The notes below the pieces were generated by a model. That model searched no databases and was not told where the DNA came from. It was given only the letters and a program-made list of their open reading frames with translations. From Octopus bimaculoides (taxonomy: Eukaryota): a DNA stretch of 63,544 bases. Positions 45,301 through 56,088 of the stretch are shown here, piece after piece. The position numbers and the translations under genes are program-made. The DNA lies in assembly GCF_001194135.2 (NCBI RefSeq), contig NC_068993.1, forward strand, positions 32,963,019 to 33,026,562. The letters run 5' to 3'. Each line of letters starts with the position of its first letter. The first letter of the stretch is position 1.

Positions 45301-47831
45301 CAATGAAGAAAAAAGAAATTTTATTTTGTTTTGTTTTGAATAATTCAGTCACGTTTGAATTTTTCCTTTTTTTTTTTAATTAATTAATTCAACAAACTGT
45401 TTTAGTCGAACTGTTTTCAAAACGACTAAAAAAAAAAAATGATAAAAAACCCAAACAAACCACAAAACAATTCAGACTTTGAAGAAATGATTAAACAATA
45501 ATAAATTATTAAAGTGTAAAATTATTATTATTAATTCATCTTCACTCTGCAATTCATAATCATGTTACAAACAAAAGAAAAAAAATTGAGTTGGTTTTTC
45601 TGGAAATAGTCTTTAATTCCTGACTTGTTTTATTGTCTACCATAAAAAACAAAAAAATTGATAGATGTAAAATAAATTTTGACTGGGATGTTTTCCAAGT
45701 GACAACCTTATCTTTTTGTATAATTAGTTCATCTGCTTCTTGCTTCTTCTGTTCTTTCTTTTCTAATTTTAATTAGTGTTGATTAATCTGATTTTAATGT
45801 ACATGTAATTGTTAATTAGTCATGTTTCTACACAGCTTCATCTTATTACTTTTCACAATGTTCAACTGTATCTCCTGTACCAAAGACACCCCCCTCAGCT
45901 CTCCTCCCCAAAATAATTGTCCTTGTTGACCTTATAGCTGCCTTTCATACAAACTCAGCTAATTCAGAAAATAATTTTTCTATTTTAAACAGTTTACACA
46001 ATCCTTACTATTAATCATTCTATTCAGGTATTTAAGTGCCTCGACACTTCTCCAAATCATCTTTTATAATTTCCTTTTTTTTTTTTATTACTTCAGTTAG
46101 CTTTCCTTCATGTTACTGATTAGATGATTCATCATCATCATTCTGAAAGATCAAATGCATCAGTCAAACTCCACCATTTTGATGGGGAGTCACTCATAAA
46201 GATGTATTCATCTGCATATTCTCTTCCAGGAATGGATTACATTTTGTGGTAGTGGTATAGGAGTGGTTGTCTGTTAAAGACTGATGTGTTCCCTCCATAC
46301 TGTGTCCAGTTTGTACTTGGATTTACTTTTCTCCAAAGCAACCTGCTGTCACTACAGCTAGCAATGTCTTCCAGACCACCATTTGTTGAATCTCATTCAA
46401 AGGTATGAAAAGCTGAGGAAACTGTTGTAGGGGACAGAGAGGAGCTGTTCTTACTTGCCAAGATAAGGGGCTACTCATATTTGTGAATAGTAGTAGTAGT
46501 AGTTGGGTCTGTCACCATGATAGAAATTAAGAAGTGTTGATAAAATACCAGTCAAATATCTGGGGCTTTGCATCTGAATCAGAATCCATTATAAGAACAT
46601 CATTTGTTCTAGCTTTTTATATTGTGTTCAAATCCTACCCAGATCAACTTTTTCTTTCATCCTTTTGGGGTTGATGAAATAAAATACCAGCCAAGTATTA
46701 GGGATTTCCCCCTCAAAATACCGCTACTGTGCCTAGATTAGCAACTATTTACTCCTGAGAGTAAACAAAGTTTTTTAAAGTGCTTTTACAGTATTAAATC
46801 AGTCACTAATGAAGACAAGTGTGGGATTTCAACTTGTACCAACCAACTCACTACTGTGGCTGTAAACAAGTTTATTGCTGCTAATATAGATATATTTTTG
46901 CATAAAACAGGATCTCTATTTGACCCCAATGTAAATGTATTTTGGCCAAAAGTTGTATCTCTATTGTTACCATCATAATTTTAGCCGAAAGGAGAGCTAT
47001 TTATTGCTGCAAATCTGTATTTCAACCAAAAGATGGGTCTCTTAGCACCAACATAAAGATATTTCAATCAAAAGGAGAACCTCCATTACCATCAACATGA
47101 ATATATTTTGAACTCTCAACACCATTAGATCGTTTATTTAATGTGTAATTATTGATGCTAGCATGGCTGGGAAGTGTGTGTGCAGGGAACTAATTTGGAG
47201 GTGAGTAAGAGCTGGATTCTCTTACTGCCACTTGCTTTTGAGGTAAAGAAATTTTATGCTCCACAGGTTTTCTGAAACAAATTAACCAATCATAATGTCA
47301 ACAGGGAATGTCACCATCAGCTCCATTTTCTTCTAATAATGGCAAGGGAATTACCAATGTACAACCATATATACAGTGTGGACCATATTTAATATTCTCT
47401 GGAATTGTCAAAACCACTTCAATTCTAAAATTGAATAAAATAATGATGAATAATAATAATAAAATGTCAAATGTTTTGGTGCATGACTTTTGACTCGCCC
47501 TGTATATTTATATGTATACATGACAGATTTAATAGTTTCTATTAACAATACGCAGTTACAAAGCATTCATTGGCTTGGAGCAATAGAAGACATTTGCCCA
47601 ATAAGATGCAGCAGGTTTGAACCTGAAACCATGTGCCTACAAGGCGACCTACTTAACTACATTGCCAGTTATTTCACAATTATGTATCTCAATCAAGACA
47701 GAACATTTGTTAGCTTAAGTCCGATTTGTTGATTAATTGTGTGTGTAAATGTCATACAAATGGTGGTGGTGTTTGCAGTCTTTATAAATTCATTTCTGAC
47801 CATTGTGCTGTTGTTGTTTGAAGGTCTAAGG

Positions 47832-48047
47832 CTGTGGTTCTCAACTGAGGTCCATATAAGATTTTGTTAAAATTTGTGTGTAATTGCTTATACTTCAAAA
47901 GATTTTAATGATTTTTGTGTATCATTCCTAATAATATTTAATTATGAAAAATATAATAGGGTTTTTAAACATCAAATGGCTAAGAGGATCCACTTGAGTA
48001 AAATATGAATCAAAGGGGTCCATAAAAAAAATGGTTGAGAATCGCTT
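47832..48047. mobile_element. hAT-type (Charlie-like) MITE
   Basis: TIRs CTGTGGTTCTCAAC (47832-47845) and GTTGAGAATCGCTT (48034-48047); flanking 8-mers GTCTAAGG and GTTTAAGA match 6/8, consistent with an aged 8-bp TSD. Confidence 0.62.
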
Positions 48048-48633
48048 GTTTAAGAGGAATATTATCTTAGAAACTGGAAAGGGTTGGCAACAGGAAGGAT
48101 ATCCAACCATAAACCATCTGCATCAATGAATTTCATCTAACCCATGCAAGAATGGAAAAGTGAATGTTAAAATGGTGATAATGAAATAAGAATTACCTAA
48201 TAGAAGAGCTGTGACAACTTTAAGATGCATGCAAGTGGTATATATTCTGTATTGATTAATTTCTTGAGTCATACAATATGAAAGGTCAACATGTCTTGTT
48301 GAACAGCTTTCACCTGGCCACTGACAACTCCATTGCAGCAAAGCATGATATGATATTAAGAAACTTTATGCTACACAATACTATTAATGTTTTTGTGTAT
48401 GTGTGGTAAGGCTTCAACAAGTAGAAAAGCACTTGATCAGCAAAGAGAGTCAAGATAATGTTATAAAAACCAATAATCTTGTTGAATACAGCTACCCAGG
48501 GTTTCATAGTTGAAATAATTTCATCACTTTGAACTCAGCAGACAACTGACAAACAGCTTGAAAAATGGCAAAATAAATTATTATTTTGACCTGGATAGCT
48601 GTTACGAACAAGATTTGTAGTTTTTATTATAAC

Positions 48634-50423
48634 ATCATCATCATTTAACGTCGTTTTCCATGTTGGCATGGGTTGGACGGTTTGACTGAGGTCTGGAGAG
48701 CCAGTGGCTGCACCAGGCTCCAATCTGATCTGGCAACATTTCTATAGCTGGATGCCTTTCTTAATGCCAACCACTCTGAGAGTGTAGTGGGTGCTTTTTA
48801 CGTGCCACCTGCACAAGAGCCAGTCAGGCAGGCCAAGCATTGATCACGCTTGGATAGTGCTTTTTATGTGTCACTGGCACAGGAGCCAGTCAGATGGACC
48901 TGGCATTGACCATGTTTGGTTGGTACTTTTTACGTGCCACTGGCACAGGAGCCATTCATGGCACACTGGCATCGACCATGTTCAGATGATGCCAGTGGAT
49001 AGTACTTTTTACGTACCACTGGAACCAGTCAGGGGGCACTGCCCACAGCTACGATTTTGGTTTTACTTGACTCAACAGGTCTTCTCAAGCATATCATATC
49101 GCCCGACACATCAAGGGCACTCTTAAATGGGCTGGACATGACTGTCATCTCACTTTAGTTGCCGGGTCTTGATCTGTCAATGCCTCTGTGAAGCCTAATG
49201 TTTGAAAGTCATGCTTCATCATCTCATCCCATGTCTTTCTGGGTCTCCCTCTTCCACAGTTAGGGAGTGGCACTTCCTCACACAGCTGTCCTCATCCATA
49301 CGTAACATATGACCATACCAGCGCAGTCGTCTCTCTTGTACACCACATCTGATACTTCTTATGTCCAACTTTTCTCTCATGGCACTTACACTCTGTTGTG
49401 TATGCACACTGACATTACACATCCAGCGGATTATACTAGTTTCATTTTTTTCAAGCCTATGCATGTCCTCAGCAGTCATGGCCCATGTTTCACTGCTGTG
49501 TAGCATGGCAGTTTGCACACATGCATTAGTTGCCAGCAGAGGTAGGAGCTCCCCGAACTTTGCCCAGACAACTCTTATTCTAGCAGCTACATTCTCAGAG
49601 CAATCACCCCCACTACAGACTTGGTCACCTAGGTAGCGGAAGCTATTAACTAGTTTTTCTCCCTGGCATGTGATGGAATCTGTTTTCTATACATCTTCAG
49701 TGTTTATTGTTCATGTGCAAATGCCACACACAAAAACTATCTTCCCGGTTAACCTTCCTTTTATGTGTCCATTGTATGGAGTTTCTACCAATGTCTTTTC
49801 TACATATCAGGTAGGGCCACCTACCTAACGGGGTTTCTGATTTGTCAGCCTTCCTACTTACTAAGACTTAGGTTTTTGCTAGGTTAACCCTAAGACCCTT
49901 CGATTCTAGACCTTGCTTCTACACCCTAAACTTCGTCTCTAGTTCTGGCAGTGACTCGTCTATTAGAGCAAGGTCATCAGCATAGAAGAGCTCCCAGGGG
50001 TAACCTGTCTTGAATTCCTCTGTTATTGCCTGGAGGACTATAATGAAGAAGAGGGGCTGAAGACTGATCCTTGGTAAACCACTGCTTCTACTCGGAATTC
50101 TTCACTATACTCATTGCCAATCCTCACCTTACTGACAGCATCCCTGTAGAGGGCTTGTACAGCTCTTACCAACCACTCGTCTATCCTCAATTTCAGCATT
50201 GACCACCAGATAAGGGATTGGGGAACCCTGTCAAAGGCTTTCTCCAAGTCAGCAAAAGCGAAGTACAGAGTTTTATCTCTGGCAAGATATTTCTCCTGCA
50301 GTTTGCTTTACCAGAAATATAGCATCAGTGGTGCTTCTACCTGGCACAAAACCAAACTGCATTTCATCTAGGGTAACTCTTTCCCTAATTAGTTGGGCTA
50401 TGACTCTCTGTAACTTTCATCAC
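48634..50423 (-). mobile_element. 5'-truncated, degraded RTE-clade LINE: RT domain, C-terminus, 3' UTR and (TGA)n tail
   Basis: VMKVTE..IAQLIRERVTLDEMQFGFVPGRSTTDAIF...FADLEKAFDRVP...QGSV...PWELFYADDLAL...FRYLG...MLHSSETW...RRLRWYGHMLRM, with stops and frameshifts; YADD codons at 49973-49984. Confidence 0.93.
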
Positions 50424-50896
50424 CTTTTTCTCATTTTGTATGAGGAATACTGAATGTCTTCATACACTACCTGCCTGATAAGAAACTCAGACACTTGCAA
50501 TGGACCTGATTGACTTGGAGGGATCGCTGTCAATCATAGCCTGAATCTCACTAACAAATTCAATTCTTTTCTTATCAGAATGAGTTTTCCGAGCTGCTGT
50601 ACCTTCTTAATCACTATTAGACTCATCCAACTCTTTCTGAATCCTCTGCACTGTCCTCAGGTTGACACCCAAACACTCTGCAACCTTCATGTTGGAGCTT
50701 CCGGTGCAAATGCTAAGTAGTACAGCATGTTATTTCCAAATTTCTGACACAATGAATTGTGTCATTGTGCTGTTTTTCTTACAGATGATGCCCAACTGTC
50801 CCTACTATATAGTGTAGTTGACAAAATCGAAAACAAACAATGTGCATGCCCGAAATTAAAAATATAGAATGGTGACAATTTACGCATCGCACCCAG
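50424..50896 (-). mobile_element. Tc1/mariner DNA transposon left end and degraded transposase N-terminus (HTH)
   Basis: ATG at 50765: MTQFIVSEIWK*HAVLLSICTGSSNMKVAECLGVNLRTVQRIQKELDES...DPSKSIRSIA, then (frameshift) VSEFLIRQVVYEDIQYSSYKMRK. Terminal CTGGGTGCGATGCGTAAATTGTCACC is the presumed TIR. Confidence 0.75.
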
Positions 50897-50999
50897 TGTG
50901 TGTGTATAGACACACACATATCTATACATATAAATTTGACATGGGCGATTCTTTCTTGTCTTGGAATTCAAGGTCAAACGGCTGGGTGGAATTGTGTGG

Positions 51000-51386
51000 C
51001 ACAGGAGTGGCTGTGTGGTAAGTAGCTTGCCTACCAACCACATGGTTCTGGGTTCAGTCCCACTGCGTGGCACCTTGGGCAAGTGTCTTCTACTATAGTC
51101 TCAGGCTGACCAAAGCCTTGTGAGTGAATTTGGTAGACGGAAACTGAAAGAAGCCCGTCACATATATGTATGTGTGTGTGTGTGTCTGTGTTTGTCACCC
51201 CAACTTCGCTTGACAACCGATGCTGGTGTGTTTACGTCCCCATAACTTAGAAGTTCGGCAAAAAAGACCGATAGAATAAGTACTAGGCTTACAAAGAATA
51301 AGTCCTGGGGTTGATTTGCTCGACTAAAGGTGGTGCTCCAGCATGGGCACAGTAAAATGACTGAAACAAGTAAAAGAGTAAGAGTA
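51000..51386 (+). mobile_element. Composite SINE (family B head + microsatellite + second module ending GAAACAAGTAAAAGAGTA), copy 1
   Basis: Near-identical to 52189-52561; many CpGs retained. Confidence 0.85.
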
Positions 51387-52188
51387 GATGTGTAGAATGA
51401 TCCGGAGGTGATATATATATATACACGCAAACGCATACATATATCTACATATGCATACATATGAAGGGGTGATGATGTAAAGTTACTGACTTTAAAGGTA
51501 TCATGAAAGGCCTGGTTGGAAGCCTAACCTTCTGAGTTCTTTTACAGGGATTAGGAAAACTGAAGAACCGCTGCAATAGTGTGTGAACTGGAGAGGGGAA
51601 TACGTTGAATACAATCATAATTAACTGGCCCCGCCGCTTGTATTTTCATTTACCCAAAGCCAGGAACTTATCAGCACCCCTCATACATATATGTATATAT
51701 ACACACACACATATATTTTATTTTTGTTTCTTCATTCTAGTCTGTTTTCCTGTGTTTGCCTTTCTCAATGCTACTAAGGTTAATGTTAGGGTTTCTTCAG
51801 CGTAGAAGAAATTATACTTCATGTAAAGGGGTGTTCTTTGTTTAGTCTTTCACGTAATTGTGTTTAGGCATGGCGAACTATTACCTTACTTGGAAACAGG
51901 TTAGGGTTGGTGATGGAAATGGCATCTGGTTATACAAAATCTGTCTGATCCATATGAGCATAGAAAAGTAGATGTTTCATATATATACATAGATGTTAAT
52001 ATTTTCAACTGAGACATTACAATCATATCTGATTGTTCAAGTGCTTCAATTCTGTACAGCTACATTTATTTACTTGATTGCTGACACTTTTCAATGATTT
52101 CTCCCATTGTTTTGATGGTACAGGTATGCTAGTATATAGCTTTTCATGTCCATATATTTCTCTCTCTCTTTCTGTATATAAATATACA

Positions 52189-52561
52189 CAGGAGTGGCTG
52201 TGTGGTAAGTAGCTTGCTTACCAACCACATGGTTCCGGGTTCAGTCCCACTGCATGGATTCTTAGGCAAGTGTCTTCCACTATAGCCTCGGGCCGACTGA
52301 AGCCTTGTGAGTAGATTTGGTAGACGGAAACTGAAAGAAGCCCGTCGTATATATGTATATTTGTGTTTGTGTTCGTTCCCCTAGCATTGCTTGACAACCG
52401 ATGCTGGTGTGTTTATGTCACCGTCACTTAGTAGTTCGGCAAAGGAGACTGATAGAATAAGTACTAGGCTTACAAAGAATAAGTCCCGGGGTCGATTTGC
52501 TCAACTAAAGGTGGTGCTCCAGCATGGCCGCAGTCAAATGACTGAAACAAGTAAAAGAGTA
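52189..52561 (+). mobile_element. Composite SINE, copy 2
   Basis: Same two-module structure as 51000-51386. Confidence 0.85.
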
Positions 52562-54450
52562 TGTAAATGTATATATAAATCTTAAAATTAAATCACAAAT
52601 CTTGTAATTACAGCTGCCCAGGGTTTCCTGGTCAAAATAATAATTTATTCTGCCACTTATCAAGCTGAAAACATACAGGATCTTTAGGCCTAGTAATGTC
52701 TTTACATTTCCATAAAGATGTATACAATGAATTGATACACATATATTGCTGGTATAAATATATGTATACCAATAATACACAAACACAAATAGTGTGTCAC
52801 TAGTGAATCAAGTTTGAAATTTGGGAGATAGAATGAGAAACACAGAAACAGAGAATGTTCAAAAAAGTTTGACATTTATTACAAATATATACCCCCACTG
52901 CATTGCTGTGTGTGTGTGAGATAGAGATATAGCAATTGAGAGGTAGATACAAAGAGTTTGTAAAATCTTCATGTGTGTGTGTGTGCACATACACACACAC
53001 ATATATATAATGAAATCACTCAATCTTTTAATATGAATACAATATTAATAACACAAACACATACATAAATGTATACATTTAGTTATGTAAAAAAAACCAA
53101 GACTTTTTCTTTCAGACATATTGTAGAAAAGACATTGTGTTTGAGTTTAATCTTTTATATTGAAAGTTGATCATATTTTTCAAGTTTTGTTCTGAACAAT
53201 AGCATTCTGAAGTGAATTCAAGTTTCTCAACCTGCTTAGCCTCTTCGTCAAATTAAGAAGGTAACAGTTGTGACATATTATTTGTGCATTTTGTAGTGGA
53301 TCACAAAGGAACATGGGAATAGCATTGTAAATGATAAAAATCATTACTGTTGGACTTAACTCCAGATAAATTTCATAGTTTATGTCAACTTGTGTTGTAT
53401 CAAAATGGTTGACTACATCAGTAAAAACCAGAAAACATGGCTCACATCATATAAACTCACAGAATATATTACAAAAACACCAAACTGAAAACTTTTTTAT
53501 CAACTTGAAACTACCTGAAATTTGCCAACACTACAACTGATACCCCCCCCCCCCACTCCATATGCATGCACACATGTATATCAGGACTCATACACTGTTC
53601 ACTTTCCTAACTCTTGTACATAATTCTATGTACTATACATGCACCTTTGGTGAGTTGTAGTGCACCTGAGCACTATACACAATCATTTCATTATCATTAT
53701 CATAAACCAACAACCAATGTAATGTGGAAGTTGTAAACTTCCTGTGTCAACCTGTTACATCAGCTACACAAAAAAAGTTTCTCATGGATTGACCATGTAA
53801 CTAGGAACAGTCGCAGTCTGTTGTAATACAGTGGATGAAACAAAACTAGATGGCAAAAACCATTAGCTGACAACGCTACAATTCTCTATAGAATTGGTAA
53901 TACAACCACCTTTGATGGAATTTCATATGAAAATCAGATTAACTTTGCAAAGTTTATAAATAAATAACAAAATACAAAGAGACAATCCATAGATACAGAC
54001 CCGGCACATTAAATTAAGTAGAATATATTGTTATCTACTGAACAGTTTTAAAGGTGGCATAAATATTTTATTAGTTATAATATTAGTCCCATAATCCTTT
54101 ACAATCTATGGCAAAAAGAGAAAAAAATATCGCTGCAATAATCATCACGTTCTACCAATGATGAGGCTGAGAACTCTTTGAAACAAATGAAATTAGGGAT
54201 GTTAAGGTTCTGCCATGAAAAATTAAGGACTAATAGGGATACAGGAAAAATGTCTTTAATAGAAAAAAGTAAACTCAAACAATTTCATTTTTAATACAAT
54301 ATGTATGTATATATGTAGAATATACAATATACACATATATACACATATGAAGGCAATGAATACAAAAACAAAAAAGTGATATGAGAGGAACAAGTTTTAA
54401 CAATGTTGTATTAGTATAATGCTTGAACATGTGTGTGTGTGTGTGTGTAT

Positions 54451-54561
54451 ATCATCATCATCATCATCATCATCGTTTAACGTCCGCTTTCCATGCTAGC
54501 ATGGGTTGGACGATTTGACTGAGGACTGGTGAAACCGGATGGCAACACCAGGCTCCAGTCT
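54451..54561 (-). mobile_element. RTE-tail element, short young copy with (TGA)8 tail
   Basis: (CAT)n CGTTTAACGTCCGCTTTCCATGCTAGCATGGGTTGGACG. Confidence 0.8.
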
Positions 54562-56004
54562 ATGTATACATACATGCACACACACACACACAAACTCTGC
54601 TGTCTCTCATTAAATTCTCTCCTTTCAACTTTTCTTTGAAGAAGGACTGTCCAAAACAATGAGTTCCCACTCCTCATATGTTCAGCTCTCTTTTTATTGA
54701 TTTTACTACATAATGTCTTGCCAATGCAGACAAACATGTCTTTTTGGAGTCCAGTTGATCACACACACACATTAATATTGTCTACATATAAAAATCTTAC
54801 CTAAATCAATTAGAAACATATCTGAACACACTTTCAATTCTGTGCGTGTGAGTTTATGTGCACAATGACACATGATACAGACAATATACATAACCATAAA
54901 CAAACACAAACAAAGGGGAAAATATGTACTCAATACAGAGACAAGATTTTATTTATTTAGATTATATTCATTTGAAGCTGAGAAGTGTTTCTGTCATGAC
55001 TGAGTTTTATATTTTCGTTCTTCACTGCAATATAAGGTTGTCATAACTAAAGAGTTATAATGGTGACAAACCTCACATTCGTATACACACACATACATGC
55101 ATGCACACACACACGTGTGCATGCGCATATGTCAATCTACATACAAATATACACAGTTGAAAAAGTTAGTTTCACAAACATTCAAAAATTAGAACCCTGC
55201 CTCTCATTCTTGGAATATGTTGAACAAATCAATAGAAAATCAAAAACAGGAATTAGCCTTGCATTCTAATTTAGTGTTGTGGAATGTGTGTGTGAGTGAC
55301 AGGTGATAGATAGATAGAGAGAGAGAGAGAGAGAAGACGCATGAGTGGATCAGGGCAGGAAATGTGAATGACAACTGATCAGTGTGGGTGTGTTTGATGA
55401 GAAATTCTTTGTTCAAAAGATCAACAAAATCAAATGTTTAGGATATGTGAATGAGGGAAAAGAAAATATATTACAACACACACACACGCATGTATGCAAA
55501 AAGAAGTCTTGTATAGTTAACACCATCATAACTACTAGGTAGCTTAATCCAACTGAGAGGTGTTGGTAAAACAAAAAATAAAGAAAAACAATAATTCAAT
55601 GAAATGTTATTAAAAAGTGCAGCAAACAAAGTAGTGTTGTTGGTGGTGGAGTGGGGGGTTGGGGGAGAGGGGTAGACACAGAAGGATTTCTGATCACAAT
55701 CTCCAGCAAATATAACAGTTGTTGGTAAATGTGGTGGAGGTGATGGTGACAATCAGAACAATTTCCAGTCACCACTACCAAATAATAATATTGAAATAGT
55801 GTCGCTGCTGTTGGCTTTCATGGTGGTAGTGGAGGTAGACAGAGTAATTCCCCACTCCCCACTCTATCACCAAATGATAGTATTGTTGTTAGCAGTGGTG
55901 GTGGTGGTTATTTTGGTGGACAGAAGGATTCCCAGCCGTCATTTCCACCACCATCATCACTAAATAAATCATAACACTGTACAATATACCTAAACTGTAT
56001 GGTT

Positions 56005-56088
56005 TCATCTCTTGGCAAGGCGTTTGCTCTGCCAAGTTTCAAATTTGTTGTACGCAGCATTTAACATCTCCTCCATGTGGCCAGTAAG
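56005..56088 (-). CDS. GTF2H1: GTF2H1 last coding exon (LTGHMEEMLNAAYNKFETWQSKRLAKR*)
   Basis: TTTTTCTTTGTCATTCAG acceptor; TGA at 56007-56005. Confidence 0.92.
   Translation of the reverse strand, partial: LTGHMEEMLNAAYNKFETWQSKRLAKR

Noticed and set aside
45640-45780. Minus-strand Lys/Glu-rich frame LKLEKKEQKKQEADELIIQK suggesting a third gene
   Set aside because: Closed by an in-frame stop immediately upstream, no usable acceptor, and explained by a CT-rich tract.
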